A stretch of DNA of 59,498 nt from Clostridia bacterium (GTDB lineage Bacteria > Bacillota > Clostridia > Peptostreptococcales > Anaerovoracaceae): assembly GCA_024403215.1 (NCBI GenBank), contig JAKSSJ010000001.1, forward strand, positions 1 through 59,498, read 5' to 3'. Made by a program: the position numbers and the translations under genes. Under the pieces are notes generated by a model. The model was given only the letters and a program-made list of their open reading frames with translations. It searched no databases and had not been told where the DNA came from. Below, one piece after another: positions 1 to 8,801 of this stretch. How positions within the stretch are numbered: the stretch's first letter is position 1; every line of letters begins with the position of its first letter.

Positions 1-1012
1 CACCAACCTCGTCCATTAATAGCTTGGAACGATTAAGGCTCTCGCTAGATATAAGACCTCTCTTGTAATCAACTGCTGCCAAAAGATATCTTCTGATAAT
101 TTCTTGTTTGCTAGCTTCTATGCAGGCCTCTTCATCTGTGATGCAAAAGCCTACTCTATTAACACCCATATCTGTAGGTGAATTGTATTCTGATTCTGTT
201 CCAGTAATTTTTTCTATAATACGTTTAATTACTGGGAACATCTCAAGATCTCTATTGTAGTTAACGGCTGGCACTCCATACTTTTCAAGATGGAAGTTAT
301 CAATCATGTTAACATCATTAAGATCTATTGTTGCTGCCTCGTATGCGATATTTACTGGATGCTTAAGAGGCAAATTCCAAATTGGGAAGGTTTCAAATTT
401 TGCGTATCTTGCTTTAACGCCATTCTTTGCTTCATGATAAAGCTGATTAAGGCAGGTTGCGAGCTTACCAGAACCAGGTCCTGGTGCATTAATAACAACA
501 AGTGGCTTTGTAACCTTTATATATTCATTAGCACCGTATCCTTCTTCGGATACAATGGTTTCTACGTCTGTTGGATAACCCTTTGTTGCGTAGTGCTTGT
601 AAGTTTTGATTCCTCTTCTTTCGAGTTTAGTTATAAAAGTATTAACTGCAGGCTGATCCTCATAGCGAGTAATAACTACACTATTTACATAAAGACCATA
701 AGAACGGAACATATCTATTAATCTCATTACTTCGAGATCATAGGTGATTCCAAAATCCTGGCGAGTTTTATTTGTGAGTATATCTCCCGCATAAATGCAA
801 ATAATAATTTCTGCATGATCCTTCATCCTTGCAAGAAGCTTAATCTTTGCATTTTCGTCAAATCCAGGGAGCACCCTTGCAGCATGCTTATCTTGAACAA
901 GCTTGCCACCAAATTCGAGGTAAAGTCTGTCGCATTCTTTTGATCCAATGCGCTCTAAAATATATCTTGACTGTTCCTCTAGATATTTTTCTGAATCAAA
1001 ACCAATTTTCAT
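1..1012 (-). CDS. DUF1846/UPF0371 family protein; 3' end runs off the window (about 337 N-terminal codons present)
   Basis: Absent from the ORF track because there is no stop inside the window. My reverse-strand translation from ATG at 1012 reads [23 protein letters not shown]...[22 protein letters not shown]... with no stops down to position 1. This N-terminus and the PGPGSGK motif are typical of the family. Confidence 0.75.
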   Translation of the reverse strand, partial: MKIGFDSEKYLEEQSRYILERIGSKECDRLYLEFGGKLVQDKHAARVLPGFDENAKIKLLARMKDHAEIIICIYAGDILTNKTRQDFGITYDLEVMRLIDMFRSYGLYVNSVVITRYEDQPAVNTFITKLERRGIKTYKHYATKGYPTDVETIVSEEGYGANEYIKVTKPLVVINAPGPGSGKLATCLNQLYHEAKNGVKARYAKFETFPIWNLPLKHPVNIAYEAATIDLNDVNMIDNFHLEKYGVPAVNYNRDLEMFPVIKRIIEKITGTESEYNSPTDMGVNRVGFCITDEEACIEASKQEIIRRYLLAAVDYKRGLISSESLNRSKLLMDEVG

Positions 1013-1104
1013 AACAATTAATCACTAATTCACAGACTAGTTTGGCAAGCCCAACGGTTTGCCATATATAATAGGTAGATTTAACCCTATTATTATATAA
1101 AAAA

Positions 1105-1138
1105 ATTGCGGCTCGTTCAAGGGCCGCAATGTTTTTTT
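1105..1138 (-). terminator. Rho-independent terminator after rpsR
   Basis: Hairpin ATTGCGGC(1105-1112)/GCCGCAAT(1123-1130). On the minus strand it is followed by a T-run, 9 nt after the rpsR stop. Confidence 0.7.
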
Positions 1139-1146
1139 AGCTTTTT

Positions 1147-1404
1147 CTAGTGAGCATCTGCGTCAAATGGAAGAAGAGCTACTGTTCTTGCACGCTTTAC
1201 AGCTGTTGTGATAAATCTCTGGTGCATTGTGCAAGCGCCTGTGATTCTTCTTGGAAGAATCTTGCCTCTTTCTGTAACGTATTTCTTGAGTGTTTCTACA
1301 TCCTTGTAATCTACCTCAAGGCTCTTATCTGCGCAGAACTGGCATACTTTCTTTCTAGCATGCATTCCGCCGTTAAAGCTTTTTCTTTTGTTATCTCTTT
1401 CCAT
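1147..1404 (-). CDS. rpsR: 30S ribosomal protein S18
   Basis: 85-aa ORF with ...CQFCADK...[24 protein letters not shown]...HQR..., a typical S18; sits in the rpsF-ssb-rpsR context. Confidence 0.95.
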   Translation of the reverse strand: MERDNKRKSFNGGMHARKKVCQFCADKSLEVDYKDVETLKKYVTERGKILPRRITGACTMHQRFITTAVKRARTVALLPFDADAH

Positions 1405-1431
1405 AATTAATGGTTTTCCTCCTGAATTAGA

Positions 1432-1851
1432 CTAGAATGGGATATCGTCCTCAGTGAGCTTTTCAAATCCAGTTGGAGTTTCGTCTGAAACATCAGATGA
1501 ACCCTGAGTCTGGAAGTTACCTCCCTGAGCACCGTTTGCCCTATCTAAAAACTGAACACGATCTGCAATAACGTCTGTAGTGTAGACTTTTCTACCGTCC
1601 TTTTCATAAGAACCGGTTTGAATTCTGCCTGTAACACCTACAAGACGACCTTTTCCCATGTACTTTTCTACAAGTTCTGCTGTCTTGCCAAAGCATGTAA
1701 TACCGATAAAATCAGCTGTCTGCTCTGCGTCCTTGCTAGCTCTATCTCTGTCAACTGCAATAGTAAACTTTGCAATTGCCATTTGATTACCTGCACTATA
1801 ACGTACTTCTGGATCTCTAGTTAGTCTTCCGATTAAAGCTACAGAATTCAT
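1432..1851 (-). CDS. ssb: single-stranded DNA-binding protein
   Basis: MNSVALIGRLTRDPEVRY OB-fold N-terminus, Gly/Gln-rich tail and acidic C-terminal DDIPF tip. Confidence 0.95.
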   Translation of the reverse strand: MNSVALIGRLTRDPEVRYSAGNQMAIAKFTIAVDRDRASKDAEQTADFIGITCFGKTAELVEKYMGKGRLVGVTGRIQTGSYEKDGRKVYTTDVIADRVQFLDRANGAQGGNFQTQGSSDVSDETPTGFEKLTEDDIPF

Positions 1852-1862
1852 ATTATTTACCT

Positions 1863-2150
1863 CTACTTTTCGTCTTTTGCTACGATGATGTGTCTTATGA
1901 AGTCATCTGAGATTCTGAGTCTTCTATCCAGTTCCTTTGGAAGAGTTGGATTTCCGTTGAATTGCATTACAACGTAATAACCTTCTGTCTTCTTTTCGAT
2001 TGGATAAGCAAGCTTCTTCATTCCCCAAATGTCAGTGTCAACTACTTCGCCGTCTGCTGCAATGATTCCTTTGACAGTTTCGATTGCTGCTTCCTTTGCG
2101 GAGTCTTCTAAGACAGGATTGATGATAAACATCACTTCGTACTTATTCAT
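1863..2150 (-). CDS. rpsF: 30S ribosomal protein S6
   Basis: MNKYEVMFIINP...GMKKLAYPI is a typical S6; first gene of the rpsF-ssb-rpsR operon. Confidence 0.95.
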   Translation of the reverse strand: MNKYEVMFIINPVLEDSAKEAAIETVKGIIAADGEVVDTDIWGMKKLAYPIEKKTEGYYVVMQFNGNPTLPKELDRRLRISDDFIRHIIVAKDEK

Positions 2151-2258
2151 TTTGTCACCTCCCTGTGGTCAATGTGGCTACGGACATCCTCCGTAGCAGA
2201 GAGCATTAGTAATAGACGAATGCCTCAATATTATACACACGAAGCCTTGAAATTGCAA
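2151..2258 (-). promoter_or_regulatory. rpsF promoter (TTGCAA-17-TATAAT) plus about 80-nt leader with a hairpin; possible S6:S18 autoregulatory leader
   Basis: On the minus strand the -35 TTGCAA is at 2253-2258, with a 17-nt spacer to the -10 TATAAT at 2230-2235. An 8-bp hairpin GCTACGGA/TCCGTAGC lies at 2177-2197, just upstream of the GGGAGG RBS. The leader assignment rests on context only. Confidence 0.4.
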
Positions 2259-2449
2259 GTGTTTTGTGATGCAAAATTTTAAGGTTTCGGCATAATTTAC
2301 TAAAAATTTTTTAAAAAATTTCTTTTGGTTGATTACGGACCTGTTTGGGTATTTTAGGGTATTATCTAAGCTACCGAAACCTTATGCCATAATATTACCA
2401 AATATATACAACTATGTCAATATCTTTTTTGTATTTTTTTCCATCAACC

Positions 2450-2491
2450 TTGCCAATGGGGTCAGACCCTTTTGACAACTCCATTGACAAC
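2450..2491. repeat. Palindromic repeat family copy A (with an extra half-site)
   Basis: TTGCCAATGGGGTCAGACCCTTTTGACAA (2450-2478) followed by CATTGACAAC (2482-2491). Confidence 0.9.
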
Positions 2492-2597
2492 TTTTAATAA
2501 CTAATATACACCTCAGCCTCCGGGCTGATTCTAGGTGAGGGCAAGCAGCCGTAGGCTGCGCAGGCCGAACCAGCATCCAAGCCCGAGGCGGCATTAA

Positions 2598-2677
2598 AAG
2601 GCGCAAGTAATTAAATAGCTTTCTGAACGACTTCGCGAAGCGGCAAGTGAAGAAAGTCTATTTATTACTTGCGCCTT
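2598..2677. repeat. Long imperfect hairpin (about 25-bp stem, 28-nt loop) carrying the conserved GAACGACTTCGCG..GCGGCAAGTGA module
   Basis: AAGGCGCAAGTAATTAAATAGCTTTC (2598-2623) pairs with GAAAGTCTATTTATTACTTGCGCCTT (2652-2677). The loop sequence recurs at 32265-32383. Confidence 0.8.
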
Positions 2678-2690
2678 AGTTCACACATTT

Positions 2691-2721
2691 GTTGTCAAAA
2701 GGGTCTGACCCCATTGACAAC
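2691..2721. repeat. Palindromic repeat family copy B (inverted relative to copy A)
   Basis: GTTGTCAAAAGGGTCTGACCCCATTGACAAC. Its reverse complement matches copy A apart from one base; it overlaps the stop codon of the M42 gene by 1 nt. Confidence 0.9.
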
Positions 2722-3707
2722 TATTTTGTAGCGGCAAAGGCGGCCATGAGGGCGCCGGCATCTTCTATATCTGACAGCTGGCAAACCTCACCTGGACTAT
2801 GGATATATCTTGTTGCAACGGAAATTCCGCCCGTCCAAACACCAGATCCGCTGACTCTCATCTCTCCAGCATCTGTTCCACCAGCTCTAAGCACATCAAG
2901 CTGCGCCTTAATTTTCTTTCTCTTTGCAAGAGCCATAATCTTTTCTACCATTTCTGGGTTACAAATTACGCTCTTGTCCATAACCTTAACGGCAGCTCCA
3001 CCTCCAAGCACAGAGGTTCCAACGTGATTTGCGTTTGGAGTATCGTCAACAAGGGTTGTATCTGCAACAATTGCATACTCTGGCTCAATTCCAAAAGCAG
3101 CAGGCTTTGCGCCTCTTAATCCAAGCTCTTCTTGGACAGTGAAAACAAAATATGTATCGTAGTAAACTTTTTTAATTTGCTGTATTGCAAGTATTGCAGC
3201 AACGCAGCCTGCTCTATTATCAAGATAAGGAGAAGCTACTCTATTTTCGCCAAGCATAAGTGTTGGCGTGTTATAAACAGCCATGTCACCAACGCTTACC
3301 ATAGCAGCTGCTTCTTTTTCATCCTTTGCTCCAATGTCTATAAACATTGAATCTATTTCTCTTTTTTTAGCTCCACCGTTTTCGTAAATAGTTCCAACAA
3401 CTCCATTTGCAAATCTAACAGGTGTTGCAAGAACATCGTCAGGATGAATTCCCCCAACCATACCTATTCTAAGTAGGCCATCCTTTTCTATGTGAGTAAC
3501 AATAAAACCAATGCTATCCATATGGGCGGCAATCATAAGCTTTGGACCGTTTCCTTTTTTGTGAACGATGAGATTCCCCATTACATCTGTTTTAATCTCA
3601 TCTGCATAAGGTCTTACAAGTCTTTTAATCTTAGCAGCAATTTCTTTTTCGTTGCCAGATGGGCCAAAGCACTTATTTAGTTCTTTTAATATTTCAAATG
3701 TAGTCAT
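2721..3707 (-). CDS. M42 family metallopeptidase (FrvX/CelM/glutamyl-aminopeptidase-like), paralogue 3
   Basis: 328 aa with ...GPSGNEKEI...AAHMDSIGFIV...DNRAGC...QEELGLRGA... motifs of M42 peptidases. Confidence 0.85.
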   Translation of the reverse strand: MTTFEILKELNKCFGPSGNEKEIAAKIKRLVRPYADEIKTDVMGNLIVHKKGNGPKLMIAAHMDSIGFIVTHIEKDGLLRIGMVGGIHPDDVLATPVRFANGVVGTIYENGGAKKREIDSMFIDIGAKDEKEAAAMVSVGDMAVYNTPTLMLGENRVASPYLDNRAGCVAAILAIQQIKKVYYDTYFVFTVQEELGLRGAKPAAFGIEPEYAIVADTTLVDDTPNANHVGTSVLGGGAAVKVMDKSVICNPEMVEKIMALAKRKKIKAQLDVLRAGGTDAGEMRVSGSGVWTGGISVATRYIHSPGEVCQLSDIEDAGALMAAFAATK

Positions 3708-4735
3708 TATTTATACTTCCCTTCAGAAACTGCTTTGATGAAAAGCTTTGCTAGTGAAAACGCAGCGTCTATATCTTTTTCGTTTGCAATAGTATTTGCG
3801 CTATGAATATTTCTTACTGGCACTGAAATGCTTTCTACTCTTACACCAGCAATAGATCTTTGAATCGCCTGAGCATCTGTTCCACCAGCAATTCTCTCTT
3901 TAATCTGCCATGGAATATTATTCTTTATTGCGAGCTCTCTTGTCATTTCAAATAAAGCCCTGTCGTAAACCGCGCCGCTGTCCATAAAGCCAAGAACAGC
4001 ACCCTCGCCGCATCTAGTTACTTTTTTATTTTCTGCGACCTTTGCAAAGTCTGCAGCTGTAGTTCCTTCAAGCACTAACGCAATATTTGGCTTAACACTA
4101 CAGGCCGCACCAAAAGCACCTCTTGCTCCAACCTCTTCCATTGCGCTAAATACAAAGGTGACATCCTGAGGAAGTTTTTTCTCAAGAAGATTTAGCATTA
4201 CAGCACAGCCAAATCTATCATCAATTGCTTTTGCTTTTACAAAGCCCCTTCCAAAGCATACAAAGTCTGAATCGAAGACAACGCTGTCGCCAAGAGAAAC
4301 ATACTTCTCTGCTTCCTCTTTGTTCTTTGCACCGATGTCTATATATAGACTTGATTCCTTTGGCATTTCAGAGCGTTCTTTAACTGTTGTAAGATGTATA
4401 GCCTTAAGTCCTAAAACTCCAGGAATGCTGTATGGACCAACATAAACTTTTCTTCCGAGAATAACCCTTGGGTCTATTCCGCCAACAGCAGAGAATTTTA
4501 GATAACCTTCATCTGTTATCTTCTCTACCATAAAGCCAACTTCGTCCATGTGAGCTGTTACAACAAGCTTGGTTCCTCTCTTGGCACCTTTCTTAAAAAC
4601 GATTACGTTTCCAAGAGCGTCTACCTTTATGCTGTCTGCATATTTTTTTGCATGCTCTATAATATAATCTCTAACATTTCCTTCATCACCAGAGATTCCA
4701 GATAGATTGCAGAGATCCTCTAAATACTTTAGCAT
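3707..4735 (-). CDS. M42 family metallopeptidase, paralogue 2
   Basis: 342 aa with ...SGDEGNVRDYI...TAHMDEVGFMV...DDRFGC...MEEVGARGA...; its stop overlaps the next gene's start. Confidence 0.85.
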   Translation of the reverse strand: MLKYLEDLCNLSGISGDEGNVRDYIIEHAKKYADSIKVDALGNVIVFKKGAKRGTKLVVTAHMDEVGFMVEKITDEGYLKFSAVGGIDPRVILGRKVYVGPYSIPGVLGLKAIHLTTVKERSEMPKESSLYIDIGAKNKEEAEKYVSLGDSVVFDSDFVCFGRGFVKAKAIDDRFGCAVMLNLLEKKLPQDVTFVFSAMEEVGARGAFGAACSVKPNIALVLEGTTAADFAKVAENKKVTRCGEGAVLGFMDSGAVYDRALFEMTRELAIKNNIPWQIKERIAGGTDAQAIQRSIAGVRVESISVPVRNIHSANTIANEKDIDAAFSLAKLFIKAVSEGKYK

Positions 4736-5775
4736 GAGAGCACCTCCAATCCTGGATTCTGCGCATATTCCGCAACGAGTCTTGCGCAGTATTCAATATC
4801 TTTTATGCTTACAGTTTCTACTGGTGTATGCATATATTTAAGCGGCAAACCGATAAGACCTGTTGCAACGCCTTCTCTTGTAATTTGCATTGCCCAAGCA
4901 TCTGTTCCTGTTCTTCCGCTTTGTACTTCAATGTTGTATGGAATCTCTTTTTCTTTTGCGAGCTTTATCATTTGGTCTCCAACAATCTTAGAAATGTTTG
5001 GACCAATAGAAAGCGATGGACCACTTCCAAGTTCAAAGCCCTGAGCGTCTTCCTGCATATCTGGAGTTTTTCCATGAGTTACATCAATGGCTGCGCAAAC
5101 AACCGGTGCTTCCTTAAAGTTAGCAACAGCAGCTCCCTTGCCAGCTGTTTCTTCGCAAGTACTACCAACAAAAACTACATCCCAAGGAAGTCTCTTTCCC
5201 TTAAGAAGTTCTGCTGCTCTAATAAGCGCTGCAAAGCAAGCTCTATCGTCAAGAGTTTTGCTTACGTATAAATCCTCGCCAAGATTAAAGCCTTCTGTTC
5301 TAAATGTTATTGGTGTTCCAATTGGAATTTTCTTTTCTGCTTCCTTTTGCGAAAGACCAACATCTATTCTAAGCTGATCCATAGGAATTGCCTTTTCCAT
5401 GTCTTCTGGTTTTAAAACATGAGGAGGCATAGCACAAACAACACCAAGCATAGGTGTTGGTGTCATGATAATAAGATCACGGCCAGGAAGCATGCGCTGA
5501 TCAACTCCGCCTATTTGCCCAAAGCAAAGGAAGCCATCCTCATGACCTGTAACTATTAATCCTATCTCATCAAGATGCGCAGCTATGAGCATCTTCTTTG
5601 CATTTTTCTTTTTGCATTTCTTTGTTGCTATAAGATTTCCAAGAACGTCTATCTCTACGGTATCAACAAAAGGTTTGATTGCTTCTTTTGCAATTTCAGC
5701 AACACCTTTTTCAAAACCTGATGGTCCTTGGCTTTCACATAGCAAATGCAGATAATCTCTTATTTCCATTACCAA
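4729..5775 (-). CDS. M42 family metallopeptidase, paralogue 1
   Basis: 348 aa with ...GPSGFEKGV...AAHLDEIGLIV...DDRACF...CEETAGKGA...; overlaps both neighbouring genes. Confidence 0.85.
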   Translation of the reverse strand: MVMEIRDYLHLLCESQGPSGFEKGVAEIAKEAIKPFVDTVEIDVLGNLIATKKCKKKNAKKMLIAAHLDEIGLIVTGHEDGFLCFGQIGGVDQRMLPGRDLIIMTPTPMLGVVCAMPPHVLKPEDMEKAIPMDQLRIDVGLSQKEAEKKIPIGTPITFRTEGFNLGEDLYVSKTLDDRACFAALIRAAELLKGKRLPWDVVFVGSTCEETAGKGAAVANFKEAPVVCAAIDVTHGKTPDMQEDAQGFELGSGPSLSIGPNISKIVGDQMIKLAKEKEIPYNIEVQSGRTGTDAWAMQITREGVATGLIGLPLKYMHTPVETVSIKDIEYCARLVAEYAQNPGLEVLSC

Positions 5776-6683
5776 AGTTTCTCCGGATATTCTCCTGCTA
5801 AAGTTTTTTCTTTCATTGCAGCAACCATTAAAGCTCTATCTTCTTTATTTGTTACTCCAAACCATTTATCGTCGGATGGAAGAACCTTAACCCTTGCTTT
5901 ATTTTCGTTTACAAGATCAGATGTAACAAGTGGAATATAAAATTCACCCTTGATTGGATCTGTCTTAAGAATATTTTCTAATTCCTTTGGGAAGCGAGCC
6001 TCAAGCTCAGAGAAGATGCTCTTTGTAAATCCAAAGAAGTTCATAGATACTGGAGTTCCCTCTGCTATATCTGTCCAGGTTTCTCCGCCATCTAATGTGA
6101 ACTGAATCTTCTCTCCGTTTCTTTGAACAACCTTTCTCTCATCAATATGTGAAAGATAGCCATCCTTTGTTACGCATACGCCTCTGCTTACGCTTCCAAG
6201 TTCAGAGAGTGTATTTTCGATTTTATATCCTGCCATGCAGTATTCGTAATACTCTCCGTCTTCTGTGTTGCAAAGATAATCATATAAAGCCTTAAACACT
6301 CCTGGTCCATAATAGTCGTCTGCGTTAATAACAACAAATGGGCCATCAACCATATCCTTTACAGCAAGTATTGCATGACCTGTTCCCCAAGGCTTTACTC
6401 TTCCTTCTGGAATCTTAAAGCCTTCTGGAATTGCGTTTACATCCTGCAAAGCATATTTGATGTTCATATGTTTTGCAGCACCTCTTTCCATAATAGCCTT
6501 AAAGTCTTCTTCAATTTCTTTTTTAATAATGCAAATTGCTGTATCAAAGCCTGCGCGTTTTGCATCATAAAGAGAGTAGTCTATGATGAGTTCTCCTGCT
6601 GGTCCTATTGGATCCATCTGTTTAAGTCCACCGTATCTACTTCCCATTCCTGCGGCCATAATTACTAATACTGGTTTTTTCAT
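5769..6683 (-). CDS. sugar-phosphate nucleotidyltransferase family protein
   Basis: N-terminal VIMAAGMGSRYGGLKQ (the GxGxR nucleotidyltransferase signature); 304 aa. Confidence 0.7.
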   Translation of the reverse strand: MKKPVLVIMAAGMGSRYGGLKQMDPIGPAGELIIDYSLYDAKRAGFDTAICIIKKEIEEDFKAIMERGAAKHMNIKYALQDVNAIPEGFKIPEGRVKPWGTGHAILAVKDMVDGPFVVINADDYYGPGVFKALYDYLCNTEDGEYYEYCMAGYKIENTLSELGSVSRGVCVTKDGYLSHIDERKVVQRNGEKIQFTLDGGETWTDIAEGTPVSMNFFGFTKSIFSELEARFPKELENILKTDPIKGEFYIPLVTSDLVNENKARVKVLPSDDKWFGVTNKEDRALMVAAMKEKTLAGEYPEKLW

Positions 6684-6691
6684 TTTGCCAC

Positions 6692-6952
6692 CTATCTTAC
6701 TGAGTTCTGATAATCTCTTGAAAGCTGCATCAGCTTTTCAAAGAATTCATAAATATATATTGAAAGTTCTGGTTTAACTTCCTTGGAGTGCTTGTCTAAG
6801 ATCTCTTTTTCTCTTTCAGGATCTCTTGTTGGAAGATTGTTTGCCTTTTTATATGCGGCAATATTTTTAGAGACCTCCATGCGCTTTTCAAAAAGCTTTA
6901 CAAGCTCGGCATCAATCTCGTTAATTTCTTTTCTGTAGTCTTTTATGTCCAT
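6692..6952 (-). CDS. chorismate mutase (AroQ type II)
   Basis: MDIKDYRKEINEIDAELVKLFEKRMEVSKNIAAYK.. is typical of AroQ. I prefer ATG at 6952 because a GGAGG lies 4 nt upstream; the track ORF starts at 6970. Confidence 0.8.
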   Translation of the reverse strand: MDIKDYRKEINEIDAELVKLFEKRMEVSKNIAAYKKANNLPTRDPEREKEILDKHSKEVKPELSIYIYEFFEKLMQLSRDYQNSVR

Positions 6953-7003
6953 ATAGCCTCCAACTGTCATATTGCCCGGGCCGGCCGCAGGCCGTCCATA
7001 GGG

Positions 7004-7321
7004 TTACTGATTAATCTTTTTTACGGCATCCAAGTATTTACCTAGCATGCCAATGTTGACAAAGTAATAAGAGAAGCTCTTTTCTTTCTGCACTTCAACC
7101 AGCTTAGATCCCGTAAGCACATTCATGTGCTGAGAAATTGTTGATTGACTGTAGCCAAAATGCTCAACAAGCGTTTTGGTGCAAGGCTTTCTTCTTTGCA
7201 TATTCTCTTGGTAGATGAACTTAAATAGCTCCACCCTCAAAGGATGTGCTAATGCATCAGAAGCTCTTGCAATTATTTCTGTGTCTTCTTGGAATAATGT
7301 TTTTTCTTTTCTTATTCTCAT
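7004..7321 (-). CDS. ArsR/SmtB family transcriptional regulator
   Basis: ...ALAHPLRVELFKFI...LVEHFGYSQSTISQHMNVLTGSKLV... winged-HTH signature. Confidence 0.8.
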   Translation of the reverse strand: MRIRKEKTLFQEDTEIIARASDALAHPLRVELFKFIYQENMQRRKPCTKTLVEHFGYSQSTISQHMNVLTGSKLVEVQKEKSFSYYFVNIGMLGKYLDAVKKINQ

Positions 7322-7328
7322 CGCGTTG

Positions 7329-8156
7329 TTACTTTGTAATCAATTCAAAAAATTCTTTTAAGTAATCTCCGGCAGCAGATTCTATCTCGCCGGCGTCGCA
7401 CGCAGAAGCAAGCGCAGCATCAATTGGAAGCTCCGCTGTATTTGGAATGCCGTATGAAAGCGCAAGCTTTTTAATATGGCTCTCGCCAAATGGACGAATA
7501 AGTTTTCCGCAATCAGGACATTTGATATAGCTAAAGTTCTCAACAATGCCAAGCACAGGAATGTTCATCATGCCTGCCATCTTTGCTGCTTTTTCTACTA
7601 TCATACCAACAAGCTCTTGTGGACTTGTTACTATTACAACACCATCAACTGGCAGACTCTGAAATACTGTGAGCGTTACATCGCCTGTTCCTGGTGGCAT
7701 ATCTACAAACATAATATCTTCATCTTCCCAAACAACATCTGTCCAGAACTGCTTTACTGCACCTGCAATAACAGGGCCTCTCCAAACTACTGGGTCAGTT
7801 TGATTTTGAAGAAGATAATTTACAGACATAGTATCAATTCCTTCTTTGCTCTTAATTGGAATCATATACTTGTCGTCCTTTAATGATGGAATACCAGCAA
7901 GACCAAATGCTTTTGGTATTGATGGCCCTGTAATATCGGCATCAAGAACTGCTGTCTTTAAGCCCTTCTTTGCAGCTTGCACTGCAAGAAGGCTGGTAAC
8001 CATACTCTTACCAACTCCGCCTTTTCCTGATATTACGCCTATTACTTTTTTTACTTTTGAGTGTTCGTTTAAGTAGACTCTAAAGTCTGGCTTCTCTCTA
8101 TCGCCACAGCCTTCTACGCCGCAGCTACTGCAATCATGAGTACATTCTTCTGCCAT
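7329..8156 (-). CDS. Mrp/NBP35/ApbC family iron-sulfur cluster carrier ATPase
   Basis: Cys-rich N-terminus (CTHDCSSCGVEGC), deviant Walker A GKGGVGKS and the downstream CPDCG motif. Confidence 0.85.
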   Translation of the reverse strand: MAEECTHDCSSCGVEGCGDREKPDFRVYLNEHSKVKKVIGVISGKGGVGKSMVTSLLAVQAAKKGLKTAVLDADITGPSIPKAFGLAGIPSLKDDKYMIPIKSKEGIDTMSVNYLLQNQTDPVVWRGPVIAGAVKQFWTDVVWEDEDIMFVDMPPGTGDVTLTVFQSLPVDGVVIVTSPQELVGMIVEKAAKMAGMMNIPVLGIVENFSYIKCPDCGKLIRPFGESHIKKLALSYGIPNTAELPIDAALASACDAGEIESAAGDYLKEFFELITK

Positions 8157-8191
8157 GTGGTCTCTCCTTTATTGTCTTTATGATTAAAATT

Positions 8192-8329
8192 TTATTGTCC
8201 GAGCATTAATAAAAGGTAAGTTGCTGCACTGCCAATAAAAATCAGTGCGAGGGCAAATGCAAGAAATCTTGCGGCACCTTTTTTCTTTTTGTTTTTCTTT
8301 TCTGCTTTTGTGTTTTTATTGTTTGCCAT
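8192..8329 (-). CDS. possible 45-aa small membrane protein (below the ORF-track cutoff)
   Basis: My translation is MANNKNTKAEKKNKKKKGAARFLAFALALIFIGSAATYLLLMLGQ: a Lys-rich head plus one TM helix. It fills an otherwise empty 160-bp gap. The RBS is weak. Confidence 0.3.
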   Translation of the reverse strand: MANNKNTKAEKKNKKKKGAARFLAFALALIFIGSAATYLLLMLGQ

Positions 8330-8801
8330 TTCTAATAATCTCTATATCTAACATGTTTCTGCTTTCTGCAAGACCTTTTAAACTTATGTCATAGTCTATT
8401 GAAAGCTTATTCTCTTTTTCTCCGCCTATGCTTCCTTTAACATCGTTTGTTAAAAGCTCCATGACAATGCTTCCATACGGAGTAGAATATAGTCCTGTGT
8501 ATCTCTTGCCTTTTTCAAACTCCATGATTGTTTCTTCAAGAGCTTCACCTTTTCTTGTCATAGTAACTTTACCCGGAGCGATGGTAAGAGATGTTTTGCA
8601 ACCTTCCATTCCGGAGATTGCTGTCTCTTCATAACTTATGTAGGTTGTATCTCCCATAGACGAGATGGTACCCGGTGTTATGAACTCAACTACATCTTCT
8701 TTATTTTCGTCAAGGTTTATGTTTTTAAACGAGGTAAGTGTTTCTCTTGGAATTTGCTTACCTGTTATTTTTAGCATTATATCTTTCGTAACCATAATCA
8801 A
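8316..8801 (-). CDS. DUF1934 (YwiB-like) beta-barrel protein
   Basis: 161 aa with ...TTYISYEE...GKVTMTRKGE...YSTPYGSIVMELLT..., resembling DUF1934. The start is ambiguous (8801, 8795 or 8777); it overlaps the ddl 3' end. Confidence 0.6.
   Translation of the reverse strand: MIMVTKDIMLKITGKQIPRETLTSFKNINLDENKEDVVEFITPGTISSMGDTTYISYEETAISGMEGCKTSLTIAPGKVTMTRKGEALEETIMEFEKGKRYTGLYSTPYGSIVMELLTNDVKGSIGGEKENKLSIDYDISLKGLAESRNMLDIEIIRNGKQ

Noticed and set aside
290-1410. Plus-strand ORFs 290-721 and 1150-1410.
   Set aside because: They are antisense to the DUF1846 gene and rpsR respectively, with Cys/Phe/Ile-rich nonsense-like translations.
2412-3027. Track ORFs 2412-2606 (-) and 2689-3027 (+) overlapping the repeat module and the M42 gene.
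   Set aside because: They are translations of the palindromes and GC-rich hairpins or antisense to the M42 gene, with no RBS. The ..GSDPIDN.. peptides recur only because the DNA repeat recurs.
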